64,000 nt of DNA, taken from a virus. Its lineage: Duplodnaviria > Caudoviricetes. Each line of letters starts with the position of its first letter. Within the stretch, counting starts at the first letter, position 1. A program made the translations under genes and the position numbers. Of this stretch, positions 56,701 to 64,000 are shown piece after piece. A model generated the notes under the pieces. It saw nothing but the letters and a program-made list of their open reading frames with translations, did no database searches and had not been told where the DNA came from. The stretch is taken from the IMG/VR virus record IMGVR_UViG_3300022602_000027. One strand, given 5' to 3'.

Positions 56701-57169
56701 TAATTTCAAATAATGCATTAAATTGTCCGCCGTTGTTACTAAATCCTAGTAACTTTGCAGGACCTACTTGTCTTCCATGATGTGTTGTTAAAAAGTTTTT
56801 AACTTGTGGTTCTAAATTTCTATCGCATTGTGTATCTATATCACCGACTACTGGTTTTACTCTTAAAAATTCTTCGTCTGATATATGCGGTACATTAAAA
56901 AAGTGCAGTGATGAACCTCCTAAGAATTCTCTACTCTTTAATAGTTGAGGATTCCATAGTGGTGTACTATTTTGTGCTTCAAATGCTTGATTAATTCCGT
57001 GCAGGACTTGATCTAATATTCCAATGACTTGTGTACGATTGTGTACAGCTAAGTCTATACGATCGGCACGATGTTTAATATTAGGATCGTTAACATCATC
57101 AACTTCGGCATTACCGCCTTCAACAATGATAATGTGGGGTTTGCGTACAAACAACTCTCGTAATAGCAT
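53759..57169 (-). CDS. Multidomain nucleotidyltransferase: pol-beta NTase, ligase-like adenylyltransferase, HIGH-class NTase and repeated C-terminal domain
   Basis: LGGSS...GDID...QIDF (GDID at 56845-56834); NVKVDG...EGIVI...IKVT (KVDG at 55741-55730); HKGH (54904-54893)...VGEDR...SGTQLR; YRFGLALA...SPVAKPKRNKYGI. Confidence 0.7.
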   Translation of the reverse strand: MLLRELFVRKPHIIIVEGGNAEVDDVNDPNIKHRADRIDLAVHNRTQVIGILDQVLHGINQAFEAQNSTPLWNPQLLKSREFLGGSSLHFFNVPHISDEEFLRVKPVVGDIDTQCDRNLEPQVKNFLTTHHGRQVGPAKLLGFSNNGGQFNALFEITSNHLPIKVQIDFEFGEYDQKTNAPTPWYRFSHNSEWNDLSAQEKGKKDGTGVVSGIKGVFHKYLYRSLTKGSPTTKYVQMKTKLKGPITDSNISFAVHGTTGGGLSQKYQETGREQDGIPIMIEIPTKDRPYIQDLNQQFELFFGRQPNKQESEKQKSFVGTIDLMNTFKTPEENQITMDAFIQLCFEVGSQMINRDDPEGDRAVKMSAINYALAHLNLTDKASLETKAKTMAADYEEEHHEVEQYKKDYPEERQPRAQVAKLRAARNASRPLTEAEVKAQLRKGMPHLRDLKPMDLLDLLDELHDNGKFELKNIPLNVKVDGFGGRFGKNAEGKPFMGTSRTEPRYEPGFVKYHQQKGTTDPDILGRAQMFDDLFNEMMKAIELVDSKLGPEFLVNKQVTCEVLFIPFATETPEGKLKFVGIHYDKLPEGIELALVPFHVSDATTGESIPDGHKVVEQLTKLGQQDSVMFINNRLTQNKALDVTAIVPPMENIEQIKAMLTSGKLALKREAKEILQPIALELEKAIINDPNIVGKNLLGDEYEGIVINSRLGPIKVTSQEQRQIIANKNAAKAAARAEQTRENTNKTAVVAIGSFVGHKGHQELWNYTVNKAKELGGDPYLFIGNAEGKDDPIPPSIKVQTWHKLYPQYASHMSTVTHEGGTLLQKIKHELINPLPGKPPRYDNIVIMVGEDRANMNIAQVLMKAVNKFAGYEHVRASLDVTPRGQGVSGTQLRKMAALAAHGHKEPAMEFWRDAFNGGSFGAKPLPDSWIKHLMQVTQQGMGMVPGASVNVVDKRDPNPQPQIPAQVPAQDEPPVEPLNIKEANNWIRKMRASEFTRKQLNEKATITAATKDAPYAGQGDVQELSHNSIAGLNNAVSYPDISMNKSNGSSYLQYRFGLALAGAHPNADENIDMPTASWFAGDPLLAPYSDADLEIIKAAGKTLGIGNPTVLSDRSREPDNINKNSPVAKPKRNKYGI

Positions 57170-57171
57170 GG

Positions 57172-57546
57172 TTAGTCCTTGTACTTGCCTTCAGCATGGT
57201 GTTGACTGTGATCATCGTATAATTTTTCACATACCTGCTTAAGAGTGTCTTCATCTAAGTTGTCTGGAAGTTCACGAATAGGAAATTGTTTAATATAGGA
57301 TTTATAACTGTCTTCTACGGCTGTTTTAAATATTCCAGGCTTTGGATCTTTTTTGCTATCTTTGATTTCTAAGAATTTAGCAAGTACTGGATATGTGTAA
57401 CGACGATAGCAATGATCGTCATGCTCCATGAAATGTGTTAGATCATCAACAATGTCATAGTTAATACTGCGACGTCCATCTTCTTCGTGTTGTACAAAGT
57501 CTGAATCTTTGAAGAAAGTACCTTCTAATAGTTCTCTTAAGCGCAT
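57172..57546 (-). CDS. Probable capsid-targeted small protein
   Basis: MRLRELLE start; first gene behind the late promoter. Confidence 0.6.
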   Translation of the reverse strand: MRLRELLEGTFFKDSDFVQHEEDGRRSINYDIVDDLTHFMEHDDHCYRRYTYPVLAKFLEIKDSKKDPKPGIFKTAVEDSYKSYIKQFPIRELPDNLDEDTLKQVCEKLYDDHSQHHAEGKYKD

Positions 57547-57592
57547 TTTTAAGCCCGTTATAATAATTCAGCAGAAAACTCTGCGGTTAGAG

Positions 57593-57600
57593 TATTTATC
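57593..57600 (-). promoter_or_regulatory. Late promoter GATAAATA
   Basis: Opens the 57546-46173 gene block. Confidence 0.7.
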
Positions 57601-57603
57601 GCT

Positions 57604-58200
57604 TTAGCTTTTAACTATACGCTCAACTTTGGCTATGCCCTCACCTAAATGCATACGTGTTAACAGCAGATTTTTGTCCCCTGTAAGGTAAAAATGCGTC
57701 CCACCCCAGGTTCGATTCCTTAATAGTTCACGCTTGGCGCTTTTAGTTAGTTTAAGATTTTTATTACCCTCAGCCCATTCGATAAATGCTGAATGCTCGT
57801 GAGTAGTTTTACCCAGGGTAATTCTGTAGTCAAAGTTCATCTTAGGCATGATAACTGTATCTTTTTCTAATGTAGCATTAGGTTTTGGACTTGATACGTA
57901 CTTTACCTTTAATTTATCTAATTTTACAATCTTATCTACTTGCTTTAAGTCATTTAAGTATACACTAAGCCATGGTGATTCTACTCTGACTTCAATATCT
58001 ACTAATGTATTAAGTGTATTTGCTAATTTGATAGCATAATCTATATCGTCTTTAGATTTAATGCCGTGTTGTGTACTCGTTAGGCGAGCTATTGTACTAT
58101 TAAAGTCCCCACTACGAAACCATTGAGCCCCAACTAGGGACAGCACAACTTTGTGCTGATACTGTCCCCTAAATAGCTTAGTTGTAGTCTTATACTGCAT
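57604..58200 (-). CDS. Hypothetical protein downstream of clpA
   Basis: About 198 aa from ATG 58200, overlapping the clpA stop. Confidence 0.65.
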   Translation of the reverse strand: MQYKTTTKLFRGQYQHKVVLSLVGAQWFRSGDFNSTIARLTSTQHGIKSKDDIDYAIKLANTLNTLVDIEVRVESPWLSVYLNDLKQVDKIVKLDKLKVKYVSSPKPNATLEKDTVIMPKMNFDYRITLGKTTHEHSAFIEWAEGNKNLKLTKSAKRELLRNRTWGGTHFYLTGDKNLLLTRMHLGEGIAKVERIVKS

Positions 58201-60475
58201 CAGGAATTTCAACTAACGGTTGTGTAGCATCTACAGTTAGCAATGGTAATTTAGACTCTTTAGGTTTGCTAACTAGACTAATCTTATCATCAACAACTGT
58301 GATAGTTACCCACCCGCCGTTCTTTAAATCACCAAACAACATGGCTTTAGCTAAGTCACGTTTAATTTCCTTGTCAATGACACGTTGTAATGGACGAGCA
58401 CCCATCTTAGCATCAAAGCCTTTGGTAATTAACCATTCTGTAGCTTCTTTGTTGATCTTAATACGAACGCCCTTGTCTTTAACTTGATCTTTAAGCTCAT
58501 CAACAAACTTGTTAACAATTTTAACCATAGTGTCTTTACCTAACTTGTTAAATGTAACAACACTATCTAAACGATTGCGGAACTCTGGAGTTAAGAACTT
58601 CTTCAAGTCGGCATCGCTATAGTCTTTCTCTTGTGCGCCAAAACCAATTGCATTTTTTTCTGCTGATTGTGCGCCAGCATTAGTAGTAAGAATAAGAACA
58701 ATGTTACGGCAGTCTGCTTTCTTACCATTTGATCCTGTAATAAAGCCATTATCCATCAGCTGTAATAACACAGTCATTACATCTGGATGTGCTTTTTCAA
58801 CTTCATCTAACAACAATACAGCATTAGGTGCTTCTTGAATCTGTGTAATCAACTGTCCAGCATCTTCTTCAAAGCCAACATAACCTGGAGGGCTACCAAT
58901 CAGCTTACTGATGCTGTGCTTCTCTTGATATTCACTCATATCAAAACGTAGCAACTTAACTCCTAGGTTCTTAGCAAGTGCCTTAGCAGTTTCAGTCTTA
59001 CCTGTACCTGTTGGACCCATGAATACAAATGACCCAACAGGTTTATTTTCTGATTTAAGTCCTGCTTGTGCTACTAAGATCTTATCTACAACTTCAGTAA
59101 GAGCTAAATCTTGTCCGTAAACTTGCTGTGAAAGATTTTCTTGTAGGTTAACAAGACTGCTAGATTCTGTTTCCATAATCTTTTCTTCAGGCATATTAAC
59201 TACTTTGGCTAATTCAAACTGAATTTCTTTTTCAGCAACAATACGTTCATCGGCAAGTTTAAGATTAAATCGTGAACATGCCAAGTCAATTAAATCGATT
59301 GCCTTATCTGGTAATTTCTTATCAGCTTGATACTTAACTGACAACTTAATAGCGGCATCAATCGCGTCATCACGGATCTTAACATTGTGATGTGATTCGT
59401 AATATTTCTTGATACCTTTAAGGATTTGACGTGTAACTTCGATTGTAGGCTCATCAACAGTAATGCGTTGGAATCGACGCATTAGGGCACGATCCTTTTC
59501 AAAGTGTTTACGATATTCTTCCCAGGTAGTACTTGCCACAACTTTAATGTTGCCTTTGCTTAGAGCCGGTTTCATCATGTTAGCAAGATCGTTAGCAGAG
59601 TTGCTAGCAGATCCTGCGCCAGAGATCATATGTGCCTCATCGATGAACAGCACAGTCTTACCTTTCTTAGCCAATCCTTTTAGAACCATCTTAAAGCGTT
59701 CTTCAAAGTCGCCACGATATTTAGATCCAGCAAGCATAGCTGAAATGTCTAAACTGTAGACTTTGTAATCCTTGAGGAATTCTGGGACTGCGCCCTGTAC
59801 TATGTTGTATGCTAAACCTTCGGCTATAGCCGTCTTGCCTACACCAGGATCTCCTACTAGGATCACGTTGTTCTTGTTTCGACGACCCATTGCTAGTGCA
59901 ATGTTTTCTAATTCGTCTACACGACCAATAACCGGGTCAATCTTTTTCTTAGTAACTTCGTCATTTAAGTTTACAGTAAATGCTTTTAAAGCACGATCAC
60001 CTTGCATATTACCTGCAGGTGATTCCTCTTCTTCGCCTTCTTCTACAGAATTATTAATGTAGTCGGCAAATTTGTCTTTGTCAATATTAGCTTGTTGAAT
60101 ATAGAATACAGCCCAACTACGCTTTTCTCCCATCATGGCAAGGAATACATCAGTTGGCTCAATCTTTTGACGTCCATTAAACAACACTTGAGTAAATGCA
60201 CGATTAAGTACACGTTCAACTGCTTGTGTCTTTTTAGGTTTAACTACTACATCTTGTAGAGTAATTTCTCCACATTTATTATTCAAGTAGTCTGATAGAT
60301 TTTGTTTTAATACATCTGAATTACTTCCAAATCCTTGCAATGTATTAGTAAAGTTGTCATCTGACAACATGGCAAACAACAAATGCTCGATTGTTAGATA
60401 TTCGTGATGTAATTTCTTAGCAGTTTCGATTGCTGTTTCAAATACTGCTTGTAGATTATCGCTTGGTTCAACCAT
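58190..60475 (-). CDS. clpA: ATP-dependent Clp protease ATP-binding subunit ClpA
   Basis: HEYLTIEHLL Clp-N domain, IDPVIGR, GDPGVGKT, AGSKYRGDFEER, GPTGTGKT, RFDMSEY, LLDEVEKAHP and an IGF ClpP-docking loop; no ClpB middle domain. Confidence 0.95.
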   Translation of the reverse strand: MVEPSDNLQAVFETAIETAKKLHHEYLTIEHLLFAMLSDDNFTNTLQGFGSNSDVLKQNLSDYLNNKCGEITLQDVVVKPKKTQAVERVLNRAFTQVLFNGRQKIEPTDVFLAMMGEKRSWAVFYIQQANIDKDKFADYINNSVEEGEEEESPAGNMQGDRALKAFTVNLNDEVTKKKIDPVIGRVDELENIALAMGRRNKNNVILVGDPGVGKTAIAEGLAYNIVQGAVPEFLKDYKVYSLDISAMLAGSKYRGDFEERFKMVLKGLAKKGKTVLFIDEAHMISGAGSASNSANDLANMMKPALSKGNIKVVASTTWEEYRKHFEKDRALMRRFQRITVDEPTIEVTRQILKGIKKYYESHHNVKIRDDAIDAAIKLSVKYQADKKLPDKAIDLIDLACSRFNLKLADERIVAEKEIQFELAKVVNMPEEKIMETESSSLVNLQENLSQQVYGQDLALTEVVDKILVAQAGLKSENKPVGSFVFMGPTGTGKTETAKALAKNLGVKLLRFDMSEYQEKHSISKLIGSPPGYVGFEEDAGQLITQIQEAPNAVLLLDEVEKAHPDVMTVLLQLMDNGFITGSNGKKADCRNIVLILTTNAGAQSAEKNAIGFGAQEKDYSDADLKKFLTPEFRNRLDSVVTFNKLGKDTMVKIVNKFVDELKDQVKDKGVRIKINKEATEWLITKGFDAKMGARPLQRVIDKEIKRDLAKAMLFGDLKNGGWVTITVVDDKISLVSKPKESKLPLLTVDATQPLVEIPDAV

Positions 60476-60956
60476 TTAATTTCCTTTGCTTTTTGCGTGC
60501 CATTTTTAATTTTAAATCACTTACATATTCTGTAAATGTAATACCGTCTAAATGATCCAATTCATGTTGGAAACATCTAGAGTCGATGCCTTCAAGTTCT
60601 ATTATACACTGTTTGCCAGTATTGTCAAGATACATGGCAGTAATTTTATCGCTTCGTTTAATTTTAAGCCATAAGTTTGGAAAACTTAAACACCCCTCGT
60701 CGGCATCAATGTTTGCATTATCACCTACAAGAATAGTAGGATTGAAGAAACCCATTTCTCGTCCATCTTTGAGTTTCATAACAAATACTCTGCGTAGTAA
60801 TCCAACTTGATTAGCGGCAAGACCAATACCGTTATTTGCTTTCATAATCTCAAGCATTTCTCTTTCGATTACTGCGGCATTGACATGATTTTCAAAATCC
60901 CAATTCTCAGCTTTTTGCTTTAATATTGGATCAGGTTCTTTGACTAATTCTAGCAT
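60468..60956 (-). CDS. def: Peptide deformylase
   Basis: [17 protein letters not shown] and [10 protein letters not shown] motifs. Confidence 0.96.
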   Translation of the reverse strand: MLELVKEPDPILKQKAENWDFENHVNAAVIEREMLEIMKANNGIGLAANQVGLLRRVFVMKLKDGREMGFFNPTILVGDNANIDADEGCLSFPNLWLKIKRSDKITAMYLDNTGKQCIIELEGIDSRCFQHELDHLDGITFTEYVSDLKLKMARKKQRKLNG

Positions 60957-61797
60957 CAATATCTTTCAGTTGTTGAATGATTGAAGGATCAACTACAGTA
61001 GTTGGTTTAATTTTAATTACTGATACGAATCTGCCTTTAAATCCAGTGTTCACATTTGGAAATCCTGTACCACTACTAGCAAACTCAGTACCATGTTCAA
61101 TACCCGGGCGGACTTCTAAATCTAATTGAACTCCATCTAAGTTTTTAACTTTCTTTCTAGTTCCAATCATAGCTTCAATTGGACTAATTTCTACATTGTG
61201 ATATAAGTCATCTCCTCGGCGTTCATAATTAGGATCAGGCTGAACTAAAATAGTAACATTTAAATTACCACGTGGTGAACCTGGAAGACTATCATCACCT
61301 AATCCAGGATAACGAATAGTATCTCCGTGACTTACACCGGGCGGCACATTAATTACTACATTTTGATTTCGTCCGCTTGGTAATCTATAATTTGCTTCTA
61401 GTTGCTTTCCTTTGTATGAATCGACAAAACTAACAGAACATTGAATATTTAAATCTCGATTACGGCGCATACCTTGCGCACGATGCATTTGTCCGAATAT
61501 ATCTCCAAATGGGTTTGCACCGCCAAACCCTTGTCCAAACATATGACCAAACGGATCAAAACCGCCACCAGTGTTAAACTGGAACTGTGGTCCAGCACCA
61601 AATTGACGTTGTTGATCGTATTCGGCTTTCTTTTGTGGGTCGCTTAGATTTTCATAAGCAACACTAATATCTTTAAATTTAGCTTGGTCTCCACCTTTAT
61701 CCGGATGATGTTTATTAGCCAAGCTTCTATATGCTTTCTTTATTTCTTCAGGTGTAGCGTTTTCGTTAACACCTAGTGTTTGGTAATAATCAGTCAT
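60931..61797 (-). CDS. dnaJ: DnaJ class B/CbpA-like co-chaperone
   Basis: DYYQTLGV...HHPDKGG J-domain, G/F-rich linker and C-terminal domain; no Zn finger. Confidence 0.93.
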   Translation of the reverse strand: MTDYYQTLGVNENATPEEIKKAYRSLANKHHPDKGGDQAKFKDISVAYENLSDPQKKAEYDQQRQFGAGPQFQFNTGGGFDPFGHMFGQGFGGANPFGDIFGQMHRAQGMRRNRDLNIQCSVSFVDSYKGKQLEANYRLPSGRNQNVVINVPPGVSHGDTIRYPGLGDDSLPGSPRGNLNVTILVQPDPNYERRGDDLYHNVEISPIEAMIGTRKKVKNLDGVQLDLEVRPGIEHGTEFASSGTGFPNVNTGFKGRFVSVIKIKPTTVVDPSIIQQLKDIDARISQRT

Positions 61798-61803
61798 AGT
61801 CGT

Positions 61804-61857
61804 AAAAAAGCTCCAAATAATAATAGTAATTATACTATCTTACTTGGAGCTTGTCAA
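61804..61857 (-). promoter_or_regulatory. Perfect sigma70 promoter embedded in a terminator-like hairpin that covers the dnaJ SD
   Basis: TTGACA (61857-52)-N17-TATAAT (61834-29); AAGCTCCAA (61852-44) pairs with TTGGAGCTT (61816-08), followed by a T-run. Confidence 0.75.
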
Positions 61858-61870
61858 GTTTTTGAGTTGT

Positions 61871-62059
61871 TTATTTTTTCTTTTTAGCTGGTGCTACTGT
61901 ATCTGGCTTAGTATCTGCCATTTTTTCACCGTCTAATTTTTTGTGATGTTTAACTTCTTTTTTAGCTGGTGCTGGTTTCTTAGCTGTTTCTGCATGAGAC
62001 ATTTCGAAACATACTAATGACCAAACTACAATGTTTAATGCGATTAAAAACTTTTTCAT
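61871..62059 (-). CDS. Small exported basic protein, Asr-like composition
   Basis: Signal peptide ending in SHA|E, then a K/A/P/H-rich mature part. Confidence 0.55.
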   Translation of the reverse strand: MKKFLIALNIVVWSLVCFEMSHAETAKKPAPAKKEVKHHKKLDGEKMADTKPDTVAPAKKKK

Positions 62060-62070
62060 TTTATTTTTCC

Positions 62071-62700
62071 TTAAATTGCTGGTTGATCAAAAGTTGGAAT
62101 AACTTTCTTTCCACTTGCGTTTACTGCTGGTGTTGTAGGCGCTGTTGTTGCAGGTGTGCTTCCAAACCCGCCTCCGCCAAAGCCACTTGCGGCTGGTGTT
62201 GATGTTGAACCAAAACCACCGCTGGAAGCACCGAAGCCTCCTGCTGAAGGAGCGCCAAATGCTGGAGCCCCGCCTGTTGATGAACCGAATCCGCCACTTG
62301 ATGCTCCTCCAAAACCGCCAGATGAACCGCCAAATCCTCCGCCCATACCGCCTGACATTCCTGCTGGAACACCTGACATATTAGTATTGTTTGTCATTGT
62401 TTGACTTGTTGCTGTTGGATTAGCCGCTGTACCTGCTAGTTTTTCTTGTGTACGACCAAACGCACTAATACCTAATACCGCACCCATTGCAATATGGAAT
62501 AACCCTGCACCTTGTAGTGTTAGTGGATTCCATTGTGTAATGGGCATGTGCATCATTGCTTGTAATAGAGACCACAATATTGGAAATACTAGCATGTCTG
62601 CAAGACATATTAACATGTACATCCAACCCATTGCTGGACGCCAGTATTTCTGCATCCACTCAGCACCGCCACCTTTTTCTTCGTCTTTCTCTTCTGCCAT
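62071..62700 (-). CDS. Holin-like membrane protein (3TM holin family) with a long FG-rich tail
   Basis: WRPAMGW.Y...C..D...FP and GAVLG.SAFGRT.EK motifs; adjacent to the spanins and endolysin. Confidence 0.65.
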   Translation of the reverse strand: MAEEKDEEKGGGAEWMQKYWRPAMGWMYMLICLADMLVFPILWSLLQAMMHMPITQWNPLTLQGAGLFHIAMGAVLGISAFGRTQEKLAGTAANPTATSQTMTNNTNMSGVPAGMSGGMGGGFGGSSGGFGGASSGGFGSSTGGAPAFGAPSAGGFGASSGGFGSTSTPAASGFGGGGFGSTPATTAPTTPAVNASGKKVIPTFDQPAI

Positions 62701-62727
62701 AGTTCGCTCCTTTTGGCTTAATAGTAG

Positions 62728-62735
62728 TATTTATT
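62728..62735 (-). promoter_or_regulatory. Late promoter-like AATAAATA
   Basis: 28 nt upstream of the holin start, overlapping the o-spanin stop. Confidence 0.55.
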
Positions 62736-62991
62736 TCACGCTGTTGTAAATCTTCTTTTGGGTATTATACCATTCAATCCAGCTGTCGTTATTGTCTTTA
62801 CAAGCATAATACTGCCCATAATTATCTGCTACAACTGGTAATACTTCACTTAACTTAGTAGTGTCAGGTGATAGTTTTAAATCAGGGCAAGCATTTAACA
62901 TATCTGCCGGAACATCCGGAAACTTTACAGTTATTGGAACTGAGCTACACCCAGATAATAGTAACGCACCTATTAATAAGAGTCGGTTCAT
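62731..62991 (-). CDS. o-spanin (Rz1-like lipoprotein)
   Basis: Lipobox LLSGC, Pro-rich segment and paired Cys. Confidence 0.8.
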   Translation of the reverse strand: MNRLLLIGALLLSGCSSVPITVKFPDVPADMLNACPDLKLSPDTTKLSEVLPVVADNYGQYYACKDNNDSWIEWYNTQKKIYNSVK

Positions 62992-63458
62992 TTTGCAGTT
63001 TCCTTTTTTACAGGGTTCATTGCGGCATCATTTAGATCTTTAATTGCTTCTGGAGCAACTTTGCACTCTGAATCAATAATTTGTGTATCTTTTACAATGC
63101 GCTCTTTAACTGTAGTAATGTATTGTGTACGAACTTTAGCTTTTTTATTGCGCTCGTCTTGTAATTTAGCATTAGCGTCTTTACTAGCGGCTTCTGCTTT
63201 AGCTACTTTAGATTCTGCTTCAGCAACTTTAGCTCTCCAAGCCATTTCAGTATCATAGCCACCACGTAACCATACACCTAATACAAGTAGTGCAATACCT
63301 ATTGGTTTTAATATACTTGTATATTTTCCATATATAGGAATAAACTTACCAAACCATCCGGCAAGCATTCCAGTAATACCTACTGCAATGATTGCCCAAT
63401 ATACCCAGTTTAGTATTGCATCTGGTATAATGCTAAACATCCACTGAATCTGTTCCAT
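62988..63458 (-). CDS. i-spanin (Rz-like)
   Basis: N-terminal TM helices followed by a long coiled coil and C-terminal Cys; ATGA overlap with the o-spanin. Confidence 0.75.
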   Translation of the reverse strand: MEQIQWMFSIIPDAILNWVYWAIIAVGITGMLAGWFGKFIPIYGKYTSILKPIGIALLVLGVWLRGGYDTEMAWRAKVAEAESKVAKAEAASKDANAKLQDERNKKAKVRTQYITTVKERIVKDTQIIDSECKVAPEAIKDLNDAAMNPVKKETAK

Positions 63459-63460
63459 TA

Positions 63461-64000
63461 TTAGCTCGTTAAAATTTGATGTGCATTAGCTGTATGCTGT
63501 TGACGCTCTTCTAATCCAATAGTACCGCCATTAATCTTTTTAGTTAATCCAAGAACATCACCGTTATCAGCTAGGGCATTTAGATTATTACTTTCCCAGA
63601 ACCAGCAAGCTGATTGAATAGCACCTTCAAATGTTCCTAAGAATTCAGGAATTTCATCAACAGGAGTATCAATACTTTCAGCAAATTTTTGGTAGTTTGC
63701 TTTGCCAGTTAACTGAATAAGTCCACGTCCGCAGTATTTCCAACCATCGCCACTGGCTTCATCGCCATTACCCATACGTCCTGCGTATGCTCTGTTGGCA
63801 ATTTGTTCTGGATGATGTGCATATTGATTGGCAATTTCTGGTGTTGGAAAATGACTATGCCATAGTTTCATTAGTGATTCTGCTTTGTAGTTTAAATTTT
63901 CTACAAGTAGTTTGTAACCACCACTTTCAACCATAGTCTGCCCTAAAAAGCAAGCAACACGTTCTACGGTGTTAATGTCATAATCGGGTAGTACCTTGCA
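63461..64000 (-). CDS. GH19 chitinase-like endolysin, 5'-truncated by the window end
   Basis: Frame is open to base 64000 (CKVLPDYDINTVERVACFLGQTMVESGG); GRGLIQLTGKANY, SACWFW, INGG..GL.ER. Confidence 0.9.
   Translation of the reverse strand, partial: CKVLPDYDINTVERVACFLGQTMVESGGYKLLVENLNYKAESLMKLWHSHFPTPEIANQYAHHPEQIANRAYAGRMGNGDEASGDGWKYCGRGLIQLTGKANYQKFAESIDTPVDEIPEFLGTFEGAIQSACWFWESNNLNALADNGDVLGLTKKINGGTIGLEERQQHTANAHQILTS

Noticed and set aside
57571-57584. Hairpin gcaga-aaac-tctgc in the late leader as a terminator
   Set aside because: Only 5 bp, with no U-tract, and it lies downstream of the promoter.
1589-63258. Many short overlapping or antisense ORFs in the six-frame track (e.g. 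1959-2183, 13021-13452, 30740-31117, 59463-60062, 62121-62404)
   Set aside because: They lie inside well-supported genes, lack SD or motif support, and are the expected shadow frames of low-complexity or codon-biased genes.
1-64000. Stop-codon reassignment, tRNA genes, DGR, introns or inteins
   Set aside because: The standard code gives full-length, tightly packed genes. No cloverleaf, reverse transcriptase, TR/VR pair or intein motifs were recognised by eye; tRNAscan or Infernal would be needed to be definitive.

Overview
The window is a 64 kb, AT-rich, densely coding segment of a large T4-superfamily-like tailed phage genome in the standard genetic code. The lipobox o-spanin plus i-spanin point to a Gram-negative (diderm) host. 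The + strand (1-23.3 kb) holds a giant baseplate/fibre protein that is 5'-truncated, five fibre/structural genes in two paralogue families, and a block of four DxD glycosyltransferases. The - strand (23.2-64 kb) holds thyX, a MoxR/VWA-metallopeptidase pair, a 5'-3' exonuclease, and a dispersed 7-deazaguanine DNA-modification set (folE, queD-like, queE, TGT/DpdA-like). That set has no queC in the window but includes a PRTase, a glycosyltransferase and a cupin. Further along are a probable sliding clamp, a truncated UDP-glucose dehydrogenase, a family B DNA polymerase and a DsbA-like DNA-binding protein. An 11.4 kb late-promoter-driven block of probable capsid-internal proteins follows, with T4-like targeting peptides, Dps, a triple nucleotidyltransferase fusion and a tandemly repeated unknown domain. 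The window ends with a dnaJ-def-clpA operon and a holin/spanin/GH19 lysis cassette. Two promoter classes are visible: sigma70 TTGACA-N16-18-TATAAT and late [G/T/A]ATAAATA. Several structured RNA leaders stand out, notably a tandem hairpin upstream of the polymerase. No tRNA, rRNA or CRISPR array was recognised. All assignments come from motifs read by eye; no searches were run.
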